A stretch of DNA of 64,000 nucleotides from a virus (Duplodnaviria > Caudoviricetes): the IMG/VR virus record IMGVR_UViG_3300035698_013504, positions 136,904 through 200,903 of that record; one strand, given 5' to 3'. Positions 1 to 9,389 of the stretch are shown piece by piece. The notes below the pieces were generated by a model. It did no database searches. It had not been told where the DNA came from and saw only the letters and a list, made by a program, of their open reading frames with translations. Positions within the stretch are counted from its first letter, which is position 1. Each line of letters opens with the position of its first letter. Both the position numbers and the translations under genes were made by a program.

Positions 1-841
1 TTGTCACGCGTGATCGTAATCAAGGAGAGCAGCCATGCCCAGATCAATGTCTATCGAGAAGAACTGTGAACAGTGCGGTAAAAAGTTTTCCCCAAGCAAT
101 AGAGGTAAGCGCGGAAGGGAGCAGAAGTATTGCTCTTCATCGTGTGGACTTCGTGGCGCCAGACCGTCTAGAGAAGTGTGTTGCAAGTATTGTAAGACAA
201 CGTTTCTCCACCGAGGTAGAGGCCGACGGCTATTTTGCGATCGTTGTATGGTCGTGCGTCGGCGGGAGTACACGCTGGAGTACCGTATACGCCAGGGTAC
301 TATTGAAAAACCAGGCGTTGGGTCAGGAGGTAACCAGTGGGGTGAGAAGAATCACAGCTGGAAGCCGGTGGATCAGCGGAAAACCACGAAGTACAAAGGA
401 AACTATCGGACAAGATGTTTTCGTGTGTGGGATAAAACGTGTGTCGTCTGCGGATCAGAGGATCGCATACAAGCCCACCATATTGACGGAGACTCACAGA
501 ACTTTAAGACAGACAACCTTGTGCCCCTTTGCCATGAGCACCACTGGGTGGTGCATCACGACAGACGAGCTACAAAGGAAGAGCTACTCGACGCTCTATT
601 CAAGATCTGGCCAAAAGGCCGAATCAAAATCGCGGAAAAAACGGGGATCTCCCACGTGGACAACCCGAGGTGAAGGCCGCTGTAAAGGCGCCCAGCCGCA
701 ACGACTAGGTGGTGAGGCCGGTGTTAGTGTTCCGGCGTATAATCTACCCACGAGGCCGCGACCTGGAAACAGGAAGAGATAGTCTGGCCTTACAGGTAAC
801 TGTAAGAAGCACCGGATAAAGAGCCGGTGCGATAACAACAG
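1..841 (+). mobile_element. Group I intron (3' part) in DNA polymerase gene; 5' splice site lies upstream of the window
   Basis: P7 pair GACTA (703-707)/TAGTC (780-784) in CAACGACTA and AAGAGATAGTCTGG contexts; P9 hairpins cttacag-gtaa-ctgtaag and gcaccgg...ccggtgc; ends ...ATAACAACAG at 841. The polymerase frame resumes at 842 but is closed by TAA at 817-819. Confidence 0.88.
35..673 (+). CDS. Intron-encoded HNH homing endonuclease with Zn-finger N-terminus
   Basis: CEQC...YCSSSC Zn motifs; CVVCGS...AHHIDGDSQN...NLVPLCHEHH HNH motif; lies inside the intron. Confidence 0.88.
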   Translation: MPRSMSIEKNCEQCGKKFSPSNRGKRGREQKYCSSSCGLRGARPSREVCCKYCKTTFLHRGRGRRLFCDRCMVVRRREYTLEYRIRQGTIEKPGVGSGGNQWGEKNHSWKPVDQRKTTKYKGNYRTRCFRVWDKTCVVCGSEDRIQAHHIDGDSQNFKTDNLVPLCHEHHWVVHHDRRATKEELLDALFKIWPKGRIKIAEKTGISHVDNPR

Positions 842-1437
842 CGATTCCGTATTCAAGAGGCGCCAGAGCGGTTGCCCGAGAAATTCAACGAAGAGGCGTA
901 CCCTGTACGCCGGAGCAAGCTCAAGGTTTTATCGATGCATACAATCTGAAGTACATGTATGTGGCGGAGTTTATGAAGGATGTGAAGTCCGCCGTCACAG
1001 ATCCTGGTTATGTTGTGAGTCCATTCGGTCGTCGCCGTCGTTTCGGTGGCGCCGAGATTAACGACACCTCAATCATTGCAGCAATGCAGCGTGAAGCAGG
1101 CAACTTTCCCATCCAATCTACGGTAGCAGATATCCTAAATAGCGCGGCGTATGCGCTATGGCTCTACAGACACTTTCATCCGGACGCTCCGGAGTTTAAG
1201 ATAGTCCTAGCTATACATGACGCCCTTCTCGTCGAATGTGCCGCGAGAGATGCGCACCGTGTAGCAACGGCGCTGTCTATGTGTATGTGCAGCGTTAAGG
1301 TACCGCATTTTAATTTCTCGCTCGAAGTGGACGTAGACGTGTTCATGGAGTGGGGAATTCACCCAAGGAAGGAGGATCTCATAGCACGAGGAATGCCTGA
1401 AGAACATGCTTTGATGTATGCTGCAGAGGAAAAGTGA
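842..1437 (+). CDS. polA: Family A DNA polymerase, 3' exon
   Basis: IPYSRGA (end of motif B), SPFGRRRRF, AGNFPIQSTVADI, motif C VLAIHDALLVE. The open frame extends upstream of the ATG at 955 to the intron end. Confidence 0.9.
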
Positions 1438-1486
1438 CAATGACAATGGTCAACGTAAACGACAATGAGATCAAGGAGACGTACGT

Positions 1487-2926
1487 ATGAGTTACAAAGA
1501 TCAACGCGGTGGCGGAGACGGCCTGGACACGATCCCCGGGTTTTCCGTCAAGCAGAAGGGTCAGCCGCATGACACGTTCTCGCCGACCTTCAAGGATGGG
1601 CACGTCTTGACTTTCCGCCCGTTCCCCGAGGTTCTCAAGGACGGGACCGAAGCCGAGTGGCGTACCGGCCCTAACGAATTTGAGTTTGGCAACCAGATGT
1701 GCGCCGTGAAGATGGTTCGCTACTGGGGCGCCAACGACAAGTTCACGTTCATCTGTACCCTGCCGGACAGCGAAGGTGGGCAGGAAGCCGCAAGCCCGGC
1801 CGAGATGTTCTACCGTGCCATCAAGCGCGCGGTGGACCAGAAGGACCCGCTCTATCCGATGCACTGGTACGAGTGGTTCGCAGGCGGTCAGAATCAAGGC
1901 GAGGCCCTTTCGGCTCCCAAGATTCACCTGATGCTTCAGGGCGCGGTCCTTCAGGACGGCCCGAAGCAGTACGTTGACCCCTCGACGGGCCAGGCATCCC
2001 CTAAGATGCCCGCCATCCTCATGCTGCCCGTGTCTGCCCGCATGGAGATCGAGCGCAAGATGAACGAGGAAGTAAAGGGATATCAAGGTTCCTTCGAAGA
2101 CTACGCGAATAAGTTTTCGATGGGTGACGTTTTCAGCTGTGCCGGTGGCCACGCCATCAGCATATACAAAGCCCCACCGGCCCCGAACGTTAGGCCTCAC
2201 TATGAGGTGGTTCCCACCCCGACAGTGATGCCGATTCCGGTGAACTTGGTTGCCCAGCACTGGCGTCCGTGGGATGAGTTGCTTCATCACATGCCCGCCG
2301 CTGAGCAGGTTAGGCTCATCGAGAGAGCGTTCTCTCCCGAGGCCGTTGATTACGCGTTCTCGACGACCCCTCACGCTAAGCTTGTTAGCGACGGCGTGAA
2401 GGGCACGTGGGCAGCGTACAAGGCGACGAGGCAGCAATCGCAGCAGCCTCAAGGTGGAGGTTATGCGGCTCCCCAGCCGTACAGCCCGCCGATGTCTCCT
2501 CAGCAGGCGGCTCCCATGCAGCCCGTAGCTGCTCCTCAGGCGCCTCCTGCGACCTTTACCCCTCCCCAGGCACCCACGGCTCCCCCCGTGGCTCCTGCGG
2601 TCCCCCAGACGGCTTCCGGAGCGCCTGGTACGTTCGGTCAGCCGCTGCAAGCCCCAGCACTTGGAGCTATGCCGCCGGTTGATTGGGGTCAAGGTGCCCC
2701 CCAGGAGTCTACAGAGGCTCCAGCAGCTCCCGCAGCGCCCCCGGCGGCCCCGTCGGCGGCAGCTCAAGCTCAGGACTTTACAGCTAACCCCGTCGGTGAC
2801 CCGGCGCAGGGCGATGCGATGATGTCCGACGCAATGTCGGAGTTGGGTAAGGCTCAGGCTATGGCCGGTGCATCACCTCCGGAGGCAACCCCTCCCGAGG
2901 CACCGACGCAGCCGACGCCGTTTTAG
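1487..2926 (+). CDS. Probable single-stranded DNA-binding protein (gp32-like) with long Pro/Ala/Gln-rich tail
   Basis: Position between DNA polymerase and RecA-like genes; LTFRPFP motif; low-complexity acidic tail; strong codon bias. The family call is inference. Confidence 0.5.
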   Translation: MSYKDQRGGGDGLDTIPGFSVKQKGQPHDTFSPTFKDGHVLTFRPFPEVLKDGTEAEWRTGPNEFEFGNQMCAVKMVRYWGANDKFTFICTLPDSEGGQEAASPAEMFYRAIKRAVDQKDPLYPMHWYEWFAGGQNQGEALSAPKIHLMLQGAVLQDGPKQYVDPSTGQASPKMPAILMLPVSARMEIERKMNEEVKGYQGSFEDYANKFSMGDVFSCAGGHAISIYKAPPAPNVRPHYEVVPTPTVMPIPVNLVAQHWRPWDELLHHMPAAEQVRLIERAFSPEAVDYAFSTTPHAKLVSDGVKGTWAAYKATRQQSQQPQGGGYAAPQPYSPPMSPQQAAPMQPVAAPQAPPATFTPPQAPTAPPVAPAVPQTASGAPGTFGQPLQAPALGAMPPVDWGQGAPQESTEAPAAPAAPPAAPSAAAQAQDFTANPVGDPAQGDAMMSDAMSELGKAQAMAGASPPEATPPEAPTQPTPF

Positions 2927-2945
2927 TAGCACGTTACAGACGTAA

Positions 2946-2980
2946 GGGGGTCGGGCATTGTGCCCGACCCCCACCTCTTG
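2946..2980 (+). terminator. GC-rich hairpin after the SSB-like gene
   Basis: 12-bp perfect stem GGGGGTCGGGCA-TTG-TGCCCGACCCCC; weak U tract. Confidence 0.55.
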
Positions 2981-3006
2981 GGTTGTTCATTGAGGAGGTT
3001 GTATAG

Positions 3007-3348
3007 GTGGTAGGCCGCGATAGAAGACTGTACATCGAGCTTTTCCACGGCCGTGAAGCCGGTGACGAGCTGGAGGATTGGGGAGAACCCGGGCCGGTTT
3101 TTGGTCCATGTTGTTGGGTACACACAACGTACGCGAACCACATTCGTGGTGGCGATGATGACGGTGAGATTTTTGAGGTCTTCACCGAAGACGATATGAT
3201 CTACTACGACGGGATGTGGTACGGAGACTGGTCGATCTTCCCTGTCGGAACGTTTGAGCAGGAGAGTGACCTACGCCAACGATTGACCATATTTGACCCA
3301 GAGCTGGCTAAGATACCGGAGAAGACGCATGGCGAAGAAGAAGGTTAA
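3007..3348 (+). CDS. Hypothetical protein
   Basis: ORF in operon flow, overlaps start of next gene. Confidence 0.65.
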   Translation: MVGRDRRLYIELFHGREAGDELEDWGEPGPVFGPCCWVHTTYANHIRGGDDDGEIFEVFTEDDMIYYDGMWYGDWSIFPVGTFEQESDLRQRLTIFDPELAKIPEKTHGEEEG

Positions 3349-4567
3349 CAAGATTGCCCCCGCGGACTTTGTGACGTCGATGTGTCAAAACGCACAAGCC
3401 AAGGCGGGAGCCGAGAAGGTGTACGTTGCCAGCGAGCACGAGAAGCGCGAGTGGGGCCTGCCGATACCATGGCTTGCTCTCCAGTGGCTTCTCCACAGCA
3501 ATGTCTTCCTCCTCCAAAAGGTGTGGGGCGCTGCAGGTCTGCCTCACAGCTGTAAGTCCGCGTTTCTTTTCGAGCTCTTTCGTATTCACGCTATGTACGG
3601 CGGCGTTGGAGCCCTGATTGAGACAGAGGGCAAGTTCTCCCACGAGTTGTTCAAGGCGATCCTCTGGGATCTCGAGGACAACATTATGTACCAACGTGCT
3701 GAGACCGTTGACGAGGTACAGTGCGCGGCAACAAACGTTCTCAAGTTTATCAAGAACAGTTCAAAGACCAAAGAGCAGATCGTTATGCTCGGCATCGACA
3801 GCCTGACTGGCACGCTCGGCGAGGAGATGAAGAAGAAGATCGGAGAGGAAGGCCATGCCGACAGAGCTTTCCCCGAGACGGCGCTTAAGTATGCCCCCTA
3901 CTTCCAGTATCTCACGGGCGAGCTTGTTGGCTGGCCGATTACAGCTGCGTTCACCAACCACCGTAAGAAGGATGTGGATGGCGGCGCCGACAGGACACCC
4001 GGCGGGTCTTCGCAGAACTTCCACGCGTCGATCTACCTGTGGATGGACAAGCTTGGCCAGGACCGCCCTAAGGCCGACGGCACCGAGGGTCGTATGATTC
4101 GCTTCCGCACGAAGAAGAATTCGTTTGGACCCAACGACCGGCGTATCGCTTGCGAGTTCAAGTGGTGGTGGGACGTGGATCCCGAGACCGGCTTAAGGTA
4201 TCAACGTGCTATCTGGGATTGGGATGCGGCTACAGCACACATGCTTAGCCAGAAGCTGATTAAGACCGGCATGCCGACGAAGGTTGGCGACATCATCAAC
4301 GTGAAGGCCGACGGGTTGAAGTACAGCTGTAAGCTTCTTGGCTTGAAGGATGTTACGGCTCACGAAATGGGCGTTGCTATCCACAACGACCCCGAGCTTA
4401 TGCGGGAGCTTGGAGATGCCCTGGCCATACATCAGTATGAGTCGTATGGCGGTGTGCAGGCTATTCAGTCCGTGCTTGATGAGGAAGCAGCGAAGCGTGC
4501 AAACGCTGAGAATGTTGAAGGTGTAGTCGACTATGTGCCAGAGGAAGGTGAGAGTGTTGACGTTTAG
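3329..4567 (+). CDS. RecA/UvsX-like recombinase
   Basis: Walker A-like GLPHSCKS, IETEGK, Walker B MLGIDSL, FTNH, TPGGSSQNFHASIYL (cf. RecA TPGGRALKFYASVRL). Start ATG 3329. Confidence 0.85.
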   Translation: MAKKKVNKIAPADFVTSMCQNAQAKAGAEKVYVASEHEKREWGLPIPWLALQWLLHSNVFLLQKVWGAAGLPHSCKSAFLFELFRIHAMYGGVGALIETEGKFSHELFKAILWDLEDNIMYQRAETVDEVQCAATNVLKFIKNSSKTKEQIVMLGIDSLTGTLGEEMKKKIGEEGHADRAFPETALKYAPYFQYLTGELVGWPITAAFTNHRKKDVDGGADRTPGGSSQNFHASIYLWMDKLGQDRPKADGTEGRMIRFRTKKNSFGPNDRRIACEFKWWWDVDPETGLRYQRAIWDWDAATAHMLSQKLIKTGMPTKVGDIINVKADGLKYSCKLLGLKDVTAHEMGVAIHNDPELMRELGDALAIHQYESYGGVQAIQSVLDEEAAKRANAENVEGVVDYVPEEGESVDV

Positions 4568-4569
4568 TC

Positions 4570-5220
4570 TTGACACAGGATGTCCCTTCAGATAGCATGG
4601 TGGTTGGTAAAACACCATACAAGTCGGAGGTACTCCAGGTGGAAGTTCAAGTCTTAGCAAAGCACGACATCATCACAGATGGCGGGTTGTACATAGCGGA
4701 CACGGGCGCCACAGGTGTGGCGTTTGGTGACACGGCCCCTACCCAGGCACAGAATATCGGTAGGGTTGCGGTGCAGTGGGCCGGTAAGAGTCGTATCTAC
4801 TGGGTTGATGCAGAAGACCTCGTAGTACCCGACGGCCTAGACCCAGAGGATCTCGTGTCACAGCCTTCGAGTAAAGTATGTCTTAGTCTGCCTAAGTACC
4901 CGCCATCTTCGTTTCATTTTGGCACGAGCCTTCGGATGTTTCGTAAGGCGAGAGGCCTTGGCCAGAGTGCCCTGGCTGACAAGATGGGTGGTACTACGGG
5001 CCAGACAACCATTTCATTCTGGGAGAGGAAGGCGCATTGTCCGTCCGGCGAGTTCATCAAAGCAGTAGCTAACGCGCTGGATGTTCCGCCGTTCTTCTTC
5101 CTTGTGAGTAACAGTGACGCTGACGAGTCCGAACAGGAGCAGTTCATGGAAAATCTTTGTGAGAGTATTTCGGACGGCCTTGAGTGTCTACAACGCCTAA
5201 GGTCTCAAGTTTGTGGCTAA
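4570..5220 (+). CDS. XRE-family HTH domain protein
   Basis: LRMFRKARGLGQSALADKMGGTTGQTTISFWERKAHCPS...VANALDV Cro/C1-type HTH in the C-terminal half. Confidence 0.75.
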   Translation: MTQDVPSDSMVVGKTPYKSEVLQVEVQVLAKHDIITDGGLYIADTGATGVAFGDTAPTQAQNIGRVAVQWAGKSRIYWVDAEDLVVPDGLDPEDLVSQPSSKVCLSLPKYPPSSFHFGTSLRMFRKARGLGQSALADKMGGTTGQTTISFWERKAHCPSGEFIKAVANALDVPPFFFLVSNSDADESEQEQFMENLCESISDGLECLQRLRSQVCG

Positions 5221-5710
5221 CTTCTTTGAAGGGTTCGCCGATAAAGCAGCCCGCAGCGAGATTGACAGGCTAGACGTTTATGGCGTCAAGACCGTGCGCA
5301 GGATGCTTAAAGCCATGGGGGCAACTGATGCAGAACGTAAGGCCATCGAGTACAATTTAGGACCTGAGTACGCGATAGCTGACTTCTGTGAGCAGATGGC
5401 TTTCCCCGTTCTTCTCATACCTTGTAAGGTTGAGCCTTTTCCGTTCCACAGGCTTGCCACCGCGTTCATTAAGACACCCGTGTATGACAGTCTTAGTGAC
5501 GTTATCAGTTCCCTAGGCAGCGCTACGCGTGTCGGCATTGTCTTCTCCGCGTGGAGGAAACACTGGGTGGCACACACGTACTGGGAGGTTGTAGAAGTCC
5601 CCGGACACTCTCAGATGCGACGATGCGGTAAGACCGAGGGTATAGGTATGGTAGTTGAACTTGTTGACGGGTTCGCAAAAGCCGTCAGAACAGCGTGGAG
5701 TTACGAATGA
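5213..5710 (+). CDS. Hypothetical protein
   Basis: ORF coupled to its neighbours by overlaps. Confidence 0.7.
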   Translation: MANFFEGFADKAARSEIDRLDVYGVKTVRRMLKAMGATDAERKAIEYNLGPEYAIADFCEQMAFPVLLIPCKVEPFPFHRLATAFIKTPVYDSLSDVISSLGSATRVGIVFSAWRKHWVAHTYWEVVEVPGHSQMRRCGKTEGIGMVVELVDGFAKAVRTAWSYE

Positions 5711-6159
5711 GTAACTTACGACCAGAGAAACAATACTCTGAGCCGGACATTCGGGTCAAAGACCTGATAGAGTTCGGGAAGGAGCTAATCGATAAAGGCG
5801 TCTCGGAGAAGACGCGTACGAAGTTCGCCCGACTCGCCGTAAAGCCGCCCATGGTCCGTCTTGCGATAAATCAACGTTCCCTAATAACATGTCTTTCGGG
5901 TACCAACAATTATCGTGACGTACTGATGGCTGGGCTTACCGAAGAGGAGAGGCAAGCTCTCGTTGAGCTGGACCTTCGAGGCGTCTCGTTACGGAGTCGC
6001 GAGATCGCGCATGGGTTACTTAATGTCCATGAGCGGTGGATGGTAGCCAGACGGATCGGCCCTGTCTTTCAAAGGGCTAGGTCACGTCGGCACGCGTATG
6101 TAAATTTGCACCAGATGTTTGAACCGGAAGATTTTGATGGAGTAGATCATGAGCCCTAA
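5707..6159 (+). CDS. Hypothetical protein
   Basis: ATGA overlap with previous stop. Confidence 0.7.
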   Translation: MSNLRPEKQYSEPDIRVKDLIEFGKELIDKGVSEKTRTKFARLAVKPPMVRLAINQRSLITCLSGTNNYRDVLMAGLTEEERQALVELDLRGVSLRSREIAHGLLNVHERWMVARRIGPVFQRARSRRHAYVNLHQMFEPEDFDGVDHEP

Positions 6160-7402
6160 ATTCGTTACTGGAGGCATCATGCTGCGGGGTCGTAGGACTC
6201 CTGCGGAAATTCTTGAGGAGCTAGAACGTCAGAAGGCATCGGTGAAGGATTACGTGTTGAGTACCTCCGATGTTTCCTTTATGACACACCCCGTTACGGG
6301 CGACCTGACCTTTGTGCTAGACATTGATGACGGCGATTTCCCCGAGCGGCTTTGTATGCCTCTCAACTCAAGGACGCATGCGCAGATTGCTCAGTATGTC
6401 GGCCTACCTATGCGATCCGGGCTTTACAAGCGGTTCCGCACAGGCTCGTCGACGAATGAGCATCTCTATTATGAGACGTGGGCGATGCTTTACAACGAGG
6501 TTCTTCACAAAGAACCGTCGAGGCGGTTGTTTCGTACGGTAGAGGACAGCGGCGGTAACCGGTACCTTAGGGCATTCTTGTCCAACCGTTACATGATTAT
6601 CGACAACGCCGATGTCTTCTTTGCAGCGGCCGACGCGCTTGAGAATGTAGGCGCCGAGATCGTTCACGCGCGCCTTGACGACGATCACTTTCACATCTAC
6701 GCCGTCGCGCCTGGCATTTGTGCTCAGGTGTCCCCGGACAGAGTGTTCACGGATGCAGACGGTAAGCGCGTCCGGTGGTCAGGCGATAAGGCCGACGTGC
6801 TTAACGCAGCGATCAGCATCTCCAACTCCGAAACCGGAGAAGGCCAGTGTGAGATCCGACCTGCTATCTTCCGCAGTGTTTCACAGACGTACTCAGTGTG
6901 GGACAGTGTTCTGTCCAAGAGGCACGCAGGCGGCACCGATGCCGCAGACGCTGCGATGCTGACGGACGATACTCGTAGGAAGAAGAACGACGTGTTCTAC
7001 AGCGAGATCAAGGACTGGGTTGCTGGTACGTTTACACCGGAGACGCTCGAGAAGTACATCAAGATAGTTGAAGGCGCCGCGGTTGACGAGGTTGTTGACC
7101 CCATAGCCGCCGTTGAAGGTTTGCGTGTTACATACGATATCACTGACGACCGGAAGGACGCTATCCGCGACCGGTTCCTTCGTCAGGGTGACAGAAGTCG
7201 ATACGGGCTGGCTCAGGCTATTATGGATGAGTCTGCTGGTGACTTGGCGCCTTCGGAAGGCACCAACCTTGAGCGTATTAGTGCTAAGGTCCTGGAAATC
7301 ACCACGTCGGAAGAGCTTGCACACGTTGGACGTCGTGAGATCAAATCTCGTGAGAGTAAGGTACCGGCAACAGCAGTCGCTGTTGGCGATTTAGACATTT
7401 AA
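6149..7402 (+). CDS. DUF932-family protein
   Basis: RAFLSNRYMIIDN, ISISNSETGEG...IRPAIFR, KRHAG pattern typical of DUF932 phage/plasmid proteins. Confidence 0.7.
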   Translation: MSPKFVTGGIMLRGRRTPAEILEELERQKASVKDYVLSTSDVSFMTHPVTGDLTFVLDIDDGDFPERLCMPLNSRTHAQIAQYVGLPMRSGLYKRFRTGSSTNEHLYYETWAMLYNEVLHKEPSRRLFRTVEDSGGNRYLRAFLSNRYMIIDNADVFFAAADALENVGAEIVHARLDDDHFHIYAVAPGICAQVSPDRVFTDADGKRVRWSGDKADVLNAAISISNSETGEGQCEIRPAIFRSVSQTYSVWDSVLSKRHAGGTDAADAAMLTDDTRRKKNDVFYSEIKDWVAGTFTPETLEKYIKIVEGAAVDEVVDPIAAVEGLRVTYDITDDRKDAIRDRFLRQGDRSRYGLAQAIMDESAGDLAPSEGTNLERISAKVLEITTSEELAHVGRREIKSRESKVPATAVAVGDLDI

Positions 7403-7413
7403 GGAGAAGCAAG

Positions 7414-8103
7414 ATGGCGAAGGCGGCAACACCAGAGAAGACGGGCGCAGCACTCGTGAAGGCAGGCGAGGCGCGGTACGCATCAGTTGTGAAGGAGTTC
7501 CAAGGCCGGTTCACCAAGCTGTCCAAAGGCGTGCTTCAGATCTACTGGGACATCGGTATCCACCTGACCTCCCTGACGGACAAGCCCGGGTACTTCGGGT
7601 CTCATACGGTTGGCGACATCGGTAGAGACCTCAATCTCTCCGGCGAGACGCTTCGTGCGGCCATGCGGTTTAACCGCGCCTACACCAAGGTGCAGCTGGC
7701 TGGGCTTCAGTCCAGGCGTATCAGTTGGCACAACACAATCATCCTGTTGGCGGTTGACAACGTCGAGAAGCGTACAGAGATGGAGACGGACCTGGCCTCA
7801 GGTAAGTTGAAGTCTAAGGACCTGCCTGAGATGGTCAAGAAGATCACCACGGCGGAGCGAGAGGCCAACCCGGACAAGTCTCGTAGAGGTGGCAGCCCCC
7901 CAACTACCGTACTGCGTCAGGCGTCGAAGCTTTCGTCGTCGCTCGGGGACTTCCTTGGCGGCGAAGTGACACAAGCTCTCAAGGCTTTCGAGAAGATGGA
8001 CGCTGAGAAGAGTGAGAAGGCCGCGGAGTACCGTAAGGACCTGAAGCGAGGCCTGACGGTCTTGGCCAGGAAGGTATCTGGCGCCCTCTCGTACTTCGAT
8101 TAG
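7414..8103 (+). CDS. DUF1016 N-terminal (YhcG-like) domain protein
   Basis: YWDIG...LRAAMRFNRAY...ISWHN pattern; RBS AAGGAG. Confidence 0.5.
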   Translation: MAKAATPEKTGAALVKAGEARYASVVKEFQGRFTKLSKGVLQIYWDIGIHLTSLTDKPGYFGSHTVGDIGRDLNLSGETLRAAMRFNRAYTKVQLAGLQSRRISWHNTIILLAVDNVEKRTEMETDLASGKLKSKDLPEMVKKITTAEREANPDKSRRGGSPPTTVLRQASKLSSSLGDFLGGEVTQALKAFEKMDAEKSEKAAEYRKDLKRGLTVLARKVSGALSYFD

Positions 8104-8123
8104 TCGTTACCGGCACGTATCAT

Positions 8124-8163
8124 GAGGTCGGCGCTCTAATCGGCGTCGGCCTCTTTCGTTTTT
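8124..8163 (+). terminator. Intrinsic terminator
   Basis: GAGGTCGGCGC/GCGTCGGCCTC stem followed by TTTCGTTTTT. Confidence 0.8.
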
Positions 8164-8176
8164 ACACGGAGTTGTT

Positions 8177-8599
8177 ATGGCCACATGGGAAAAAGACGGA
8201 CAGACTCAGATTCATTGTTCTAACTGCGGCACCATCTCCCCGCTTGACGCATGTTTCTTGTACCGCGCAGGATTTGGAGGAATAACCGCGGGGAGCGTAA
8301 TGGATGTGGATAGGCTTGAATGTCCGTGCTGTCTGCAGATCATCGATGAAGACGCAAAGGTAACGATGGCCGATCACGATTACGTTTACGCTTCCATAAA
8401 ATCGGCCGGGGAGACGCTTATCAACCTAGCGCGCGCACATCACGGTCATGGTGTACGAAGGGTACTGCTTGCCCAAGACCCCGAGCAGCCTGGCAAGTGG
8501 TGTGTGACTATTGACAGTGAGCATACGCACGAGGTGTATCCTCTAGACATTCCGCCCCCGCCCGAGCACCCGGAGCTTGCGAGGCCAGATGGTAATTAA
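8177..8599 (+). CDS. Hypothetical Zn-ribbon protein
   Basis: CSNC and CPCC motifs; RBS GGAG. Confidence 0.65.
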   Translation: MATWEKDGQTQIHCSNCGTISPLDACFLYRAGFGGITAGSVMDVDRLECPCCLQIIDEDAKVTMADHDYVYASIKSAGETLINLARAHHGHGVRRVLLAQDPEQPGKWCVTIDSEHTHEVYPLDIPPPPEHPELARPDGN

Positions 8600-8969
8600 C
8601 GTTGACAAAGATGACGAGCTTGGCTCCTTCACGTACGAGGTGCCGATTGTCGCGTCACTACAATTCCGCACGCGGAGGGAACTCCAACCGGCGGACATCA
8701 ATATGGTTTTAGAAATAGTACGCAGAGAGCTCGACAAACGCACGATGCACCCGATGGAAATCATGTTGGCCCACGGTGTAGATCCAGCTCAGGCTGCTCA
8801 TCGTGTCAGAGCTCTATGTATGCCATCATGGTATGATTATCCAGGTGAGGACCCGCCGGGCGGTAACCTGGATGTGCAGGCGGCCGTAGTTAATCTTCGT
8901 CTCCAGGAGGAAGATAAGGATGTCTACTCAGGATCAGTGGTGGACGGACACGACATACCTCCAGTTTAG
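8589..8969 (+). CDS. Hypothetical protein
   Basis: ORF track 8577-8969; ATG at 8589. Confidence 0.6.
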   Translation: MVINVDKDDELGSFTYEVPIVASLQFRTRRELQPADINMVLEIVRRELDKRTMHPMEIMLAHGVDPAQAAHRVRALCMPSWYDYPGEDPPGGNLDVQAAVVNLRLQEEDKDVYSGSVVDGHDIPPV

Positions 8970-9315
8970 CGCACACGTTCGTGTGAGCTACGAAGGTGTT
9001 GGCAATGGCCGCCGATGTTTTTGGCTGAAGGATTGTGACGGACGCAGGGCACGGGTGCTCGATGTTTTACAAGTCGAGCATACGCTACCCATCGAGATCC
9101 TTGGCGGTTTACGCTTCCAGGGGTATGACCATAAGATTGACGAAGGGACAGGGCATCTGATGCTCCAGCCCTGTGAAGGTGGCGAGTGGGTAGACCACGG
9201 CCCGTGGGATCAGTATGAGAAGGATAACGACATCAGTAAGAAGACTACACCTATCAATTTGAGTCGTAAACTCTCTACCCGTAAAGCTATCGAGGAGGCG
9301 CCTCTAGATCTTTGA
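8920..9315 (+). CDS. Hypothetical protein
   Basis: ORF with RBS GGAGG upstream. Confidence 0.55.
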   Translation: MSTQDQWWTDTTYLQFSAHVRVSYEGVGNGRRCFWLKDCDGRRARVLDVLQVEHTLPIEILGGLRFQGYDHKIDEGTGHLMLQPCEGGEWVDHGPWDQYEKDNDISKKTTPINLSRKLSTRKAIEEAPLDL

Positions 9316-9327
9316 GGCAAAAGTCTG

Positions 9328-9361
9328 TTGACATTTAAGCGACAGAGCTGGTAAACTTGTC
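9328..9361 (+). promoter_or_regulatory. Sigma70-type promoter TTGACA-N15-TGn-TAAACT
   Basis: TTGACA 9328-9333, extended -10 TGG TAAACT 9349-9357; same architecture as the promoter at 25016. Confidence 0.7.
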
Positions 9362-9389
9362 ACAACATAACTTGGAAGTGGGCTATCGC

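Noticed and set aside
66-782. 238-aa alternative-frame ORF
   Set aside because: Overlaps the HNH gene and the intron core; no recognisable motif.
1379-2767. 462-aa minus-strand ORF
   Set aside because: Antisense shadow of the codon-biased SSB-like gene; Arg/Gly-rich, with no RBS or motif.
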